The position numbers were made by a program, and so were the translations under genes. Below, one piece after another: positions 1 to 13,231 of a DNA stretch of 61,021 nt. The notes beneath the pieces were generated by a model. It did no database searches, was not told the DNA's origin, and saw nothing but the letters and a program-made list of their open reading frames with translations. The stretch's first letter is position 1; every line of letters begins with the position of its first letter. The DNA comes from Pocillopora damicornis (taxonomy: Eukaryota), in NCBI RefSeq assembly GCF_003704095.1, contig NW_020845440.1, positions 1 to 61,021 on the forward strand, written 5' to 3'.

Positions 1-128
1 ATAACTGTAGTGTGTGCAAGCCATCAGATGAAGCTAAGAATCCTGAAACAGCTGCCAAGCTTTGGAAACTGAGTGAAAGGCTTGTCAGGCAGATAACATT
101 AAATGATTCACAAGTTGTGGACTTGTAG
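1..128 (+). CDS. WWOX: 3' part of the terminal exon of WWOX (SDR C-terminus), on the opposite strand to exons 1-8
   Basis: Frame 3 reads NCSVCKPSDEAKNPETAAKLWKLSERLVRQITLNDSQVVDL* (TAG 126-128). This resembles the human WWOX last exon as recalled ([29 protein letters not shown]). The exon begins before the window. Confidence 0.8.
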   Translation, partial: NCSVCKPSDEAKNPETAAKLWKLSERLVRQITLNDSQVVDL

Positions 129-1083
129 TCAATGGTTGGTTGCCTTTGACTTGTTAAGGCCTAAGCCATGCTGAAAGCAGCAAGCTGCCATGATAATGGC
201 AGGTTTGTCTAGAAATACTCAAGAGCAAGTGTTTCAAGTTAAAGAACACCTGTTGTTGAAAGAGGCAACAAGAGAAAATCTCAGTTTAATGTAATACAAT
301 TGCTCAGGTGATTATAGAAATATGTTTGTGCTGACTACTGGAGGATTATCTTGCCATAAAAACTATACACAAAGTGATAGCAATATGGAAGTGCTAACTT
401 TCAAAATGCCCATTCCATGATTGTTTAGGTTTATGACAATGAAAACAAAAGAAAATATGGTTATTGGGTTCCTGAACTGAATTTTTATTAGTATTATTCT
501 CCTCAGGTGGAGCCAAAATAGATTAGTAATTCCTTCAACTTCAGCTTAGAGATTATTCAATAGTAATTTCTTGGCCCTCAACAAGTTATGAACACTGCAT
601 CAAAGGGACAAGATGGACCTTTAAAAAAACTAAACCAGACAAAGTGAATCAACATTTATTAATCACAAAGTCATAAAAATTATCATGTAATTGTTAAGTT
701 AACTGTTTGACTCTGAAACTTAATTGATCATTTTAATTGGACATTTAGATATAAGAATGCCACATGATGGTAGAACATTTTTTTTCAATGAAAATCCAAC
801 ACCATAAAGATGGAAACCAGATACAGTATTGTTACCAATATTTATTGTAAAGACAACCCATATTAAATTATTAAAACATTTTTTTTATATTTCAACTTAA
901 ATTTGGGTTTTATTTCTCTTCCTGACTTAATAAACACTGAATCCAGTTAAGTTCAACCCCAGGGGAGGGGTGGTATAGTTTACTTCACAGCTCATTCTCA
1001 GGCCATTTCTGCACTATTCCACTATCAAAGGAAAAAGTTTGTGTTTAAGATGGTAGAAATTGTCTCCACCCTTGATAATTTAC

Positions 1084-1167
1084 NNNNNNNNNNNNNNNNN
1101 NNNNNNNNNNNNNNNNNNNNNNNNNNNNNNNNNNNNNNNNNNNNNNNNNNNNNNNNNNNNNNNNNNN
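1084..1167. other. assembly gap
   Basis: Run of N. Confidence 1.
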
Positions 1168-1781
1168 CCCCCCCCCCCTTCCCCACCTCCTCCCTCACTG
1201 TTTCTATTTCCACTTTCTTCATAACCTTTTAAGCTTCAATTACAGTCTGGAATCAGTATAGGGGAATAGTTTCTTTTCCATTCCACTTATTTCTATCTCC
1301 TTGTGCTTGCAGAGTACATTTATGTACATCATCTGCTTTAATCTTTGTCTTATTGTTGCACTAACTTATTAAGCATCCCTCCCGGATAAAACACCCTCCT
1401 TTCAAAAAGCTTCCCTCCACTTAGCCAAAATTTTAAGCTTATTCAAGGAAATATAGCATATATCAAGAGAAAATTAGAGGATGGGAATCAGGGCATTAGC
1501 TCTCTATCTAAATAAAAGTTTGTTATCACAGACATCCACTTTTAAAGTCACAATTTCTCTTCTTTCTACAGTAGTTTCTTTGGAAGAAATTACACTTTAC
1601 TTAACAGTATACTTTACAAGTAGGTAATTTTACCCACTAAATTTCTTTCACTAAGAATATCTGATTAAGATTGACCTTTGTGCAGAACCATCTCTGAGGT
1701 GAAAACAAACCAATGTATGGGAGACTATTAATAAATAACTAACTTAAAGTGAAACTGACACAACACAAAGCAAGGCCTGAA

Positions 1782-2051
1782 TTACTCATCAGTAACATTA
1801 CACTTTTCTTTGAAGTCATCTACCAGTAAGGATTCTCTCTTGTCCCACAATTCTTGGAGTCGTGGATCAAGATTTTTAGCAAGGACCATCTCATCAATCT
1901 CATTGTGACTGAAATTTTTATACTTTTCATCCTCTCCTTGTTGTTTAACGAGTTTCCAGATGATGTTGGCTTTATCTTTTTCTTCATTGGTTAAGTAATT
2001 TTTACCAACACCAAGAGTAGCATATTCAATTGAGTATACACTAATAAAACG
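1782..2051 (-). CDS. terminal coding exon of an unidentified gene
   Basis: Polypyrimidine acceptor ctttttcttcag, then 89 open codons RFISVYSIEYATLGVGKNYLTNEEKDKANIIWKLVKQQGEDEKYKNFSHNEIDEMVLAKNLDPRLQELWDKRESLLVDDFKEKCNVTDE and TAA. Composition is protein-like. Absent from the ORF track because there is no upstream start codon. Confidence 0.6.
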   Translation of the reverse strand, partial: RFISVYSIEYATLGVGKNYLTNEEKDKANIIWKLVKQQGEDEKYKNFSHNEIDEMVLAKNLDPRLQELWDKRESLLVDDFKEKCNVTDE

Positions 2052-2139
2052 CTGAAGAAAAAGATGAATAATTCTTAATACCTATCAAGAGTCATTGTAT
2101 TAATATATTCATAGTAAGTAAGGTTAAAAAAAAAAATAC

Positions 2140-2372
2140 TATGTAAGGTTAAGTCTGTACTCAAACCAAGTGGCCAACCCAGCTGCAGCTTATCCAGGTT
2201 TCCTTGGCATGAAGTGATTAGGAGCATCACTACTCCCTCCTGGATGCAATGCTAGTCCATCAAATGCATTTCCTTAGACTTACCCCACTATTCACCAAAA
2301 CCCATTCACACTCCTGGGGTAGAAAGCAGCACTGTAAGAGTGAAGTGTTTTGTCCAAGAATACAACACATTC
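2140..2372 (-). mobile_element. SINE-like interspersed repeat (head end runs into gap)
   Basis: Motifs gcttatccaggtttccttggcatgaag, ctggatgcaatgctagtccatc and gtgaagtgttttgtccaagaatacaacaca resemble the reverse complement of a common anthozoan SINE body (recognised from memory). Confidence 0.55.
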
Positions 2373-2472
2373 NNNNNNNNNNNNNNNNNNNNNNNNNNNN
2401 NNNNNNNNNNNNNNNNNNNNNNNNNNNNNNNNNNNNNNNNNNNNNNNNNNNNNNNNNNNNNNNNNNNNNNNN
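2373..2472. other. assembly gap (100 N, probably unsized)
   Basis: Run of exactly 100 N. Confidence 1.
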
Positions 2473-2511
2473 TCAAGTTTATTATTGTGTATTACAAAAC
2501 TTAGAACTTAC

Positions 2512-5500
2512 TGGTGTCTTTGCAAATGGTCTGGCCATGACAAAGAAGATCCAATAGAACCACGAGGTATGAGACAATGAAGTGTAAATCAAGTTCCCAG
2601 GATGTACAGCATTACATGTCACTCCTTTTGGTTTCAAGCGACGATTCAGTTCCATGGAAAAGAGCAAGTTACAGAGTTTGGATTGATTATATGCCACAAT
2701 GGACCAGTATTTATCTTTAGAAAGGGGTAGCTCTGACAAAGGTAACTTTGTAGAGTAGGTTAGGTCAGGAAACCTAAAGAAGGAGAAAAGACTTAATTGA
2801 TAACTTATCATCCAAATAAACTCAAAATACATCTTTTGTTTCAGAGAAAAAAAATTAATTTTTCTCAAAAGTTTTTGTTGTTTTTTTTTTACCAAGTTGA
2901 ACCCAGATTGCATTATTTATTTTCCACATTCAAAAATCAAATGATCAAATATCAAGATTCTCCTTAATTTTTACTTTCTCTACAGATGTGGAGTTCCAAA
3001 GCTTTGCACTTCTTAATTAATGTTGCCAGGATTTATCAGCAAAAAGTTATCAGTATAATATGAAACAATAACACAGTACTGCTACAATACTTGAAATTAG
3101 CTGACCTTTCTCGTTATTTTCTTATCTCTCTCAAAATTACCATTCAGTGTTTTCTACAGTACAGGTATATTACTTTTTGGAGCTGGCCCTTCCAAATTGG
3201 AAACTGAGGGACACAAAAACAACAGAGTCATTACGGCTAACTTACACTGCACAAAAGCCCAAACTGTGATTTGGTGAAATGAACACAGATTTCTCTCACC
3301 TGTGAGACTCTGAAGACAAAACTACAACTCTGGCAGGAGATGATGAGCAAAGAATATCTTCAATCAACTTCACAAGGTAGAAATGGCCAAGATGATTGAC
3401 ACCAAAAGTGCTCTCAATTCCATCCTCTGTCTTGCTCCATGATAAACCAAATACAGCAGCATTACAAATAAGAATGTGAAGAGGACTGGAAAATCACAAA
3501 TTTGAGAAATAAAATTATACATTTAGAATTACCAACTTGAAGAAGAAACTGCAAAATTTTAAGAGAAATTTGGCAAATGAATGAAAGATAAAAAGCTGTT
3601 TAGGTACATGTGATTTGTGAATTTTTCTAAAAATTAATGCATGAAACAGGATAAGGACTCCTCCTTTGCTTTTCTTAATCAAGTTAACTAGTTTACACTT
3701 TGTGTGCACTTTTTGCATTTTCAAATTCTTACTCAGTGTTTGAAAATTGCACACAGCACATTCCTTTCTTTAAAATATTGCCTTCTGCCAAAATGGTTAA
3801 ATAATTGATTTAGAGTGGGTTTCACTCACAGTTTCCGCCCTCTAAATTCTTCTGCAAAGTTTTTGATACTTGTAAATGATGCCAGGTCTAGCAACATAGC
3901 TTCCACGTAAGCCTCAGGGGTCTACAGCATTTGAGGTAGTAAGAAAATAAAACTAAATTTTAAAACTAGGAAAGTTTGCTGAATGTACTGGTTTTAACTC
4001 CCCACATGCTTGATATAACTTAATAACAAAACTTATCAGAAATTCTGAAAATACATCTGCATTAATGTACATATAAAATTAAATATTGAAAGTACAGTAG
4101 GAATGACCATTGTACTTTTTGATCAAGAACAGGAGATGTAGATTGTAAGAACATGCATGTTTTATTGCCAAGCAAGAAGAACAAAACTAAACTAAGTCAC
4201 ACCACAAGAGCATAATGATTCACCCTTTTTGTATGCAGTGCCCTGGGTACTAATAATATGATGACTGCTGGCTTAAAATGGAGCCTACTGACAATTTGAA
4301 TTTATTTTAGTACTGGAAATATCTAAGAGTATAGTAAATAAACAGTAAAATATTCATAGGAAAGAAATTAACAAGAGTAAACATTTCAGTTAATGACCTG
4401 TACTTGTCTGATCATAGCTGCTGCCCTGTTTGCTTTGTTCATGTTCCTACAAGCTAAGATCACATGAGCTCCGTGAAGTGCCAGTGCCTTGGCAGTCTCA
4501 AAACCTAATAATAAGTGTTGGAAATTCAATTAACAACAAATAAAAAACGAACTCATGATAAAAAAAAAACAACAACAACAAACAAAAAAGATTTCATTAG
4601 TTTAATCCTTTAACTCCCATAAGAGACCAAGACAGAATTTCTCCTTAAAATATCAATACAATATCAAGAAGACAAGTGACGAGGACAAAGAAAGATATAA
4701 ATTAGGGGATTGTTAGTTGATCCAATACCAAATACTCCAAACTAATATTGCAATATTTATATGGCAGACAGTAAAGAGAATTACTAATGAGATCTTGGGA
4801 GTTTAAGGGTTAAGAGGAGCAAAATTTTAAAATAGGATAAAAATCAATTGAATACTGCCTCACTACCTGGGTAGGACTTAACCTTTTGACTCCCAGAAGT
4901 GATTAATATGTTACTTCTCCCCATAGCATCCATACATTATCCAGCAAACAGGTGGTGAGATTACTCAAACTTATCAGGTACACGATATTATCTAGATTGA
5001 ACACCAAATTCTTGTTACCAATTTACAATGAAATGTGTAGCAGCTGGAGGAGAGAATTAACAATCAGATCTTGGGAGTTAAAGGGTTAATCATTACTTCA
5101 TGTAGCTACAGTTTTTGTTGGCTTAAAAACATGGATGAGATCAAACAAAGGAATGTTTTAAACCAGGTAAGAAGAGAGGGCATTGAGATGTAATGATCCA
5201 ACTAGTACATGCTTAAGATAAATCAAAGGACAATTATAGTTAATTTCAACATGTAGAAAGATGGCCATTGAAGAGAGGTTTGGTGTGATAATAGTAATCT
5301 GAGAGCGAAAGAAACGATGCTTGTTGCAGATAGCTGGCCTTCAGGAAAGGTTCAGTTTTATTTTAAAATGGTTCCTGAACACAATGTGTTAAATGTGCTA
5401 ACCTATGCCACTATTGGCTCCTGTCACAATGGCAACCTTTCCACTCAAGTCCTCTCCATTTAACACATGCATGGCTGTAGAGTGACTATCCAACTTTTTT

Positions 5501-6946
5501 GAATTTTTTTTACTTTTGGTGAAGTTCAGGGCTATTCTTGGGTCAGCATAAGTGGTTACTCTATTCACAGAACTGTTAAAAGATTGTACCAATCAATCAG
5601 TGGAAACTAAATTATCTTTAAGAATGGATCCTACCATAACACAAGATGAGAACTTGGATATATGTCAGCTCTCCCACTACGACAAGAAGTCTTTAGGATA
5701 CCAAAAAAATCTCCAGATCAACACCTTGTTAAATTTTCCATAAAATAGTAAATCTTGGAATATGTTTGCATGTAAAAGTGAAATCAAGGGATATTTCATC
5801 TGTACCAAAAAATTGTTACCAGTGACAGATTTTCTTCTTAGGGATGATTGTTTCAAAAGAATTTTTTGGGGGACTTAATCCAGACATGTGCATCTACATG
5901 ACGAGTGACTTCCAGTTTATGGTCAGAGATTGCAACAAAGCAGTCATTTCTAATTTCAAGTTTTTAAAAATAAAATTGGGTAATGGTTCAAACAGCTCTA
6001 AATACTTAACATTTCCAGAGGATAGTATCTCTGTGATATGATTTCAAAGAGATTAAATTACTCACTCAAAAAAGAAAACACTCCCTTTACTGTCATACAA
6101 TTGTTGCCAGCCTTGTGGAAGCTCTACAAAAATAAATGAAAAAAATGGTAATCTATTTGTAAGCCCTATCAGAGCATCAAAATCTGATCAGGAAATCTCC
6201 ATTTCCATTTCTCAACATTCCTTTGTAAACCGATTAGAAGAGTTTTTGGGTATGGAGATAACACCTTGCAGAAAAACTGGCAATTCTCGTTACCTTTCTG
6301 AGTGCTCTATTGACATTTCAAGAAGAAATTACATTTTATACGCTTTTAAGGTTGAAAGGTTTGACATAATTAACAATTTAATTTGTAAATCATGTAATTT
6401 GAAATACCTCCACAGACTTTGTATCTTTTTCCCGACGTTGGATGTTCCCACTGAGTTGATTTTGTCAAATGACTATAAAAATTAAATTTTTATTAAGAAT
6501 AAGGTAAGCAAATGTTTAAATTGTCACAAATCAATTGAGCGAGACCAACAATAAAACGTCCAATATCATTGTTTACATTAAGAAAGAATTAAAAGCGAGT
6601 TTGTAGGACGTTATGTTCGACAAAAATTTATACAGAAAAGGAAAAATGTACCTTATGAATTAACATAAATATCTTTTTCTCAAAAACCCTCTAATTTATA
6701 ACGATCACAACTCAGTTCCTATACTGGAACCTGCATCCGTAAGCCGGACAAAATGTTTTGCAACAGATCCTTTCATAAAACTAGGTTGAAATCACGAATT
6801 AAGCTACGGGAAAAGACCCACTTCGCATAATAGATCCTTCCATCGTCCATTGTTCTTATTTCCCATCCAGGCGGCAAAAAGTGTTCCTCTGGGTTTTTAA
6901 ACTCGCTGGTTTCTTCAAACACCAACCCGCCATCCTTGGCAGCCAT
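2512..6946 (-). CDS. WWOX: WW domain-containing oxidoreductase, exons 1-8
   Basis: GT-AG exons: 6946-6822, 6472-6408, 6123-6066, 5572-5403, 4504-4398, 3921-3830, 3485-3300, 2773-2512. They encode WW1 ([30 protein letters not shown]), WW2 ([19 protein letters not shown]...TTYADPR), and an SDR with [25 protein letters not shown], the catalytic YNQSK and VHPG. Confidence 0.97.
4602..4813. mobile_element. TTAA-flanked MITE, subfamily A
   Basis: Ends ttaa-tcctttaactccca ... tgggagtttaaggg-ttaa. The body matches the copy at 55952-56163. Confidence 0.85.
4878..5089. mobile_element. TTAA-flanked MITE, subfamily B
   Basis: Ends ttaa-ccttttgactccca ... tgggagttaaaggg-ttaa. The body is similar to the reverse complement of 55209-55419. 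Confidence 0.85.
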
Positions 6947-9759
6947 TTTGTACCTTCGGCCGACAGGGGACTGGGTCGGCCCTGAAGCAATACGGACAAC
7001 CCACGGCCGCAGGGGGTGGGGGGAGGAGGGGGAAGTGATAGGACGTGGTAAATAGGGTAAAGTACGTCAAAAAAGAAAAAAAGCGAAAAAAAAAATCACA
7101 GGAACAACAATGAAGAAACAGTGGGAAAGATTGTTATTATCAAAGTCTGAACATACATTGAGCTCTGTCCTTTTTAAGAGGTATGTATTAAACATTCATT
7201 GATACTTTTAAAGAACTTCCCCCCTAATTTAACCATTGTCAGCACCCCTAAAGTTGAGTTTCATTCCACCCACCAGGTCGAAAGATGGAATTACCCTGTG
7301 ATGAGGCTGTAGAAGCTGGCTGTCTCATTTTAAGGGTGCAAATTGAAGAAACAGATGGAGTAAAGGGAAAGTTTTTTTTAGTCCCTATTCTTCATTCTTT
7401 TGAGGTCATCTGAGGCTTGAGTCATTAGATCACTTTATCTTTGCAGTTTGATTCATACTAAACAACTCCAGTTACACAATGTGACTCTTTTCTTCATATG
7501 AAATTCCCTTCTTGGGGTACAATTTCTCAATACATCCTTCTTTCAAGGTTAAAAACTTACACCCAAAAGTACCCTTTCCTTTGAGTTTGAGACAACAAAA
7601 CTTGATGGTTTAATCAGTGGAAAGGGAGGAAAGATACAAAGGAACAGAAGCCACAGTTTAAAAAGAAAGGGACAAATGACACTGGACTTGAGGGAAAAAT
7701 AATGAAACTACATGTAAAATTCCAATGTTCAGTCTGTTTAATACAACCTTACAACCAAAGTACATAACTGTACATGGTGAAAATTTAATAACCCTTCTGC
7801 TGGCTGTTAAGTAAATGACACTTTAACCTTAGAGAAAGTAATAAAATTAAATTGAAATGTAAAATTGTTAAAAACTAAAAGCGAAGCAAAAATGGAATAT
7901 TTACCTTATGGACTAAATTTTCTTAAATACAATGGTAAGAACGCTGACAGGGTTCTTACTAAAACAAATAAAACCTGCTATGCATGTTACTTAAGTCCAT
8001 CTTACAGTTTGCAGAAAATGATATGTTCCATGAGAACATTTTCTACAAACCCAAAATAACTCATTCACTCCAGCAGACAGTCTGTGACCAATAAGCAATT
8101 TTTCCAATATAAGTTCAGTTTTAAACTAAGAATTGATGAGAAAGACCAGGGAATATTGTTTGATATCACAAAAAATTATCATGGCTAAACTCATACAAAA
8201 TGTATGGCCGACAGTGCAGAGAATTGATATTTGATGCTTGGTATTGGGAGTAAAGTTTTGAGACACCAGCATAATTTTCTCAACAATCACCAACAACACA
8301 ATAAAATTCACAACATTTGCAAACAGATCTAAGTATACTAATTTACATAATTAGCACCTTTTAAGGTAAAGCATTTCTGCACTGACCTAGAGTAACCTTG
8401 GAACAGTACCAGCCTAGTGGTTATAGCATACCACATATGTTTCTTTGAAATGCCTTTCACACCTAAATATCCATGCTGATATAATGAATGAAAATTGCCT
8501 TAACTTGCTAAGCAACACAATGTGCTTCACAAGAATGACATTTTGTTAACCTTTCAACCCTCATGGGAGTGCCAATTTGTTGATGGTGATATTTTTGCTG
8601 TCAACACTTATTTAAGCAAACATATGGAAACACCAAAAATTGAACAGTGACCTTGTTGTCAGAAATAAGGCAATCTGTAGTTGAATGGAACAACTACAGG
8701 TTACCAGTAACATACTATCTGCTCAAAGTGCACTTATCTGCTGACAAAATCTAGCATTTACACATCAACAGCTATGTGCCCTAAATATTACCTTCTGCAA
8801 GTTACTTTAGATTAAACAGAATTAATGTGCCTCCAAACCAGCTAGCTTAGCCTGCAATATCAAACCCTTGGTTTTTGCTTTTCAGTTGGTCTGTGGAACA
8901 AAACACCTCTAATAGAAACTATTTGCAACAGCAAAATATTGCTGATCATGCCGCTTGGATTTCTAGAGTTCTGTTTGTAAGAAGCTGTCAGTAAGCAAAC
9001 AATTAACCCATTCAGAGTCATCTTGGTCGAGAGGTTGTTTGCAACTCTACACATTCAAAGTCTGAACATAGTGAAGGACACTTGTATAAACTAACTGTGA
9101 TGCTGGTAGACAAATATAATCACACAGTTCATATACAATAATAACCACTCAATTATTAAATAGAAGATAAACTGTTACTTTCAACAAGGCAAACTTCAGT
9201 CTTTTGCCATAGCACTTATTTTATATCCAAAGATGATAGAAACACCAAAACAACTTCATGAACCCAAAATTGATAACGTATGCATGAATGCAATACTGAA
9301 TCAACAGTTAAGAATAACTACATGTACAGTACCACTCATATATATGTTAACTAGCAGATGCATGTCATACACTCAGGCACAGAACATCAGATGCGCACAC
9401 ACATTTTTTTTATATTTCTAAAAACTTCCCCTCCATTAAATCTGTTATTACCCTCTAGTCCAAAGAGTGAACAAATACATGTGTGAATCTTACACTTAAA
9501 ATAAACTTGTTAAAAAACTTACTAATGTTTCTGTACAAAATGCGAGTATGATAAAGAACCATGGTTATATTACAAGTGTATGATGGTAAAATAAGTGGGC
9601 AGTATTCATGCATATGTACATATGGTCTTTGCAAGAAACATTTAAGATTGTATCATGATGGTTAGCTATAATAATAATAATAATAACAATAATTAACACC
9701 TTTCCCTCCCTCTCTTTAATAACCAAGAAAAGTAATCCTCAACACTGACTTGATTTCAC

Positions 9760-12700
9760 TTAGGAAATGAGAATTGGAGAATTCCTAGAAAAGAGGAGAT
9801 AAACAGCGTTACAAATATTTGTAATTTCTGTGATGATTACTACAATATCTTCAATACAACTACTGTTATCAATATTATCATCATTGTCTCTGATGAAATG
9901 CACAGACCACACATCCTTTACTGTTCTTTACATGTGAATTAGACTTTTTAACAAGTGTCATTCCATACCGGCTAAAAGAGGACTCCTCAAATGCCATATC
10001 CATGGGTTCCATTTCAAACTGTTCATCTTCATCAGACTGGTATTGAGCAATGGACCTGTTGTAAATTTCAACTTTGATCAGTTCTTTATGAGTGATGAGA
10101 AGAATAACAATTCTCACAATAGAGAAACAATTAGGAGGATGTGTATTTTCAAGTTTCCAGTAGCTCACTTTGTTTACTCCAATACTCTAGCAAAAGCATT
10201 GTTTTTCCTTTCTCTTTAGAGGATTGCTGGTCTCAAAAGAATTTCAAGGAAAGTTTAGGCACAGTCTTGGAAGGTAAAGAGATTATCTCGAGATACGAGG
10301 TTGCTTCAGACTGTTTGGATAAAGTTCTACTTCATATCTGTGATAGAAACTATTCTGTTCCCACATTTTCCTGAATTAAAACAGGGGACTTCATAATAAC
10401 AAGACAAATATGGGGTTTCAGTAGATTATGGTCCTCAGCCTCTAAACAGTACTGTAGAACTTCACTAAAGATTTTCCTCTACAAAATGTGCTTCCTACCT
10501 TGTTGCTCTACATGTAAAGAACAATATTCTCTTCATTTTCTTGTTGTAGAAGAAATAGTTGAAAGACCACAGGCTTCCTTCCTCACCATAAGGGTCTGAG
10601 TCAAGATCAGGATTGTAGCTAGACATAAATAAAAAAAATATTTCCAAAATTACAAACAACTCAAATAACTTGACTTCAGTAATAATGTATTTGGCACCTC
10701 TTTGGTAATTGGGAATGCCTAAACAAATTGGATAGGTAATATGTTGAACAAAAGTTTGTTTATTAGTTAGCTAGTAAGTGGCAAATCAACTGGCCAATTA
10801 CAAAAAAAAACAGTATGGTGACTGAACTTAAGACTGCTGTGAAACAAATGGCTGTGAGAGAAAGTGTGAAAAGTTAGAAACTGCATGAACCTCTAAATTT
10901 TAAATCCAGCACACTTTCACCACCTACATTTTGTACCTACCATAAAAATACATTCAAGTTCAGTAGTCATGAACCCTTACATCTAACTAAATATTTTGGC
11001 ATCAAGTGGTAAATCATAATATAAATATGAACTTTACTTATAATCCATGCAATTACCTGAATATGTCACACTCCACCAGATTAATCTCTTCATCAATTGC
11101 ACTCCACAATCCTGCCCTGAGAGCAACATATGTCTCACCATTAATGGCAGACAGATTCCCATTGATTGCATCTACCACCAATTGAAGGTTTGGTTCACGC
11201 GAGAACTCATGAGACTTCACATTACTGAAATCATAATCTGGGTTAAATGATGCATTCAGGGTGGAAATCAAATAGAACAACATCTTGCGACTGATTGTGT
11301 CACACAGCACAGCTTCCTCTTGACTTCCTGTGCTCAGCCTTCTCTGCCGTGCACTAGTAAGGACTGCAGGGTAATTGCTGTTGGTAGGTGATATGCTTGC
11401 TGAGTGTGTAGTTTGTGGTGGTGACAAGGCCTGAAGTTCATGAGGGGCACATCCTTCATTCAGACTCTTATATAGTTTTTTGTCACTACCAGCCATCTTA
11501 CAAGAGTAACTTTCAATTCTAGGAATAAAATACATTCATAAATATCATATCCTATAGTATATGACTTCACACAATAAAGGACACAGGCCTTTAGCATTGC
11601 CTTCCATTCAATTTGACAAACAGTCTTACTGGAACTCTGACAGTTCCCTTACATCATCAACCATTGTCAGATTTGTGGATTCCTTCCTGGTTATGTCTAA
11701 AGGTGTCAACCTGTTACTGTGGGGTCCTGCCACCAAGACCATTTAAATAGAGGATGGATTGTCTAATTTTAATGAGGGTGGGTTAACAGTCCAAACCCAA
11801 CCCCCAGCCTGGAGCACCAGGGGATCACACTTTGTCTGGTCTCTACCCTTCGACCTGTTCGGCATGGGTGACCCTACCAGGAGTTCAAGACTCCAGCCGA
11901 CATAGCTCTAGGGGTTACTGAGACACACAAACCATCCCACCGCGATAAGGTGGTGACCCTTGGGATGGAGTTACAAAATCTGGTTGTCAAAAGTACAAGT
12001 GATCCTGCAGTTACTGTAGTTTAGTTAGTGATACAGATACAATGATGTCTAAGAGTGTTGTTGACAAACTGAAAAAGATTTCTCTATACTGACAAGCAGC
12101 ATGCCTGTCAGTTGCTGATTTGTAGGTACAGTCGCTTAACCCTCTGACGCCTAAGAGTGACTATCACCTAATTTTCTCCACATGAAATTACCTCTAAATC
12201 AAACTGAAGGGTCTAACGTCATACTAAATGATCACCAACTAAACCTCTTGACTAATAAACAAATTCTCCTTATCAGTGCCTTACAAAATTTACAGAGAAA
12301 AGTATTGAAAATAAGTATACTGATGATTCTAGGCCATTAGTCTCTAACATGAAAAATCTGTATTTGTGTTGGAAGTGACAAACCGACATAGGTATACTAA
12401 AAACCAACAGAATTAGCAATTGACAGGTAGTAAGAGCCACAATTGTGTAGCGCAGAGATTATTTTTGATTCAGAGTTTGGTAGATTTTTGGGATAGTCCT
12501 TGATCAGCATGTTAAATAAATTTAGGTGGAAAGCCTCTCAAAATGCAGCATTAAATTGATTCTCCTCAATCAAATGAAAATCATCACATGCAAATCAAAA
12601 GTCAATTCAAGTTCCCAGCCAAAATTTTATTAGTCTCGAGCCAATAAAATTTGTTTCTAAAAAGAACTTAAAAATTGCAATTCCGCAAGAAAACTCAGGC

Positions 12701-13231
12701 GCTCCAAAACTTTCTTTCTCTAAGAGCTATGTCAGCTGAAGTCTTGAAGGAAATTTTCGTGTACCAGTATCTACAGCCTCAGATAGTTAAGGTTGAAATA
12801 ACACTAAAAATACAGAGAGAGTGGACAAATATTACACCATAAAGTGATCCCCGACACAAGAGTTAGTGAATGACTGTCAGCTGATATGGAATATGCTGAG
12901 CCTCGCAAATTCATTACGACCTTCAAAGTTTATTTTTTCTGGATCAGATAATTTCGCTGTTCATGGCTAATGGCTTATCGACACTGAGTAAACTTATGAC
13001 AATCTCAAATGTGTAGGGTAAGCTTGGAAATACAAATATGGTTCAAGCGAAGAATTACCGAACGGAATTAGATACAAAAAATTTAAATACATTTCAAAAC
13101 AGAGATAAACAACAAACTGTAGACGTATTCATTATCTAGATACCTTACCTGCCATCAATTTGGCTGTCTCCCTTGTCCGTGGAAATGGCTGCACTTAGAG
13201 TGTCCAAACGGGCGTTTTCCAAGAGCTTCAT
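9760..13231 (-). CDS. MAF1: repressor of RNA polymerase III transcription MAF1
   Basis: Exons 13231-13149 ([10 protein letters not shown]...IDGR), 11518-11057 ([17 protein letters not shown]...[16 protein letters not shown]...LWSAIDEEI), 10618-10499 ([34 protein letters not shown]), 10055-9969 (acidic tail) and probably 9784-9760 (NSPILIS*). The last exon is less certain; read-through to TGA at 9881 is the alternative. Confidence 0.96.
11560..11965 (-). mobile_element. internally deleted RTE-clade non-LTR retrotransposon remnant in MAF1 intron 1
   Basis: GC-rich island. The minus strand reads ccaccttatcgcggtgg...gagctatgtcggc...ctcctggtagggtcacccatgccgaacaggtcgaagggtag...ctccaggctgggggttggg, resembling recalled RTE 5' leaders. 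It ends tggaaggcaatgctaaaggcctgtgtcc...tgaag, like RTE 3' ends. No RT ORF remains. Confidence 0.6.
12136..12326. mobile_element. TTAA MITE subfamily C, truncated
   Basis: Starts ttaa-ccctctgacgcctaagagtgac and is similar to 29035-29248. The right terminal repeat is missing. Confidence 0.65.
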
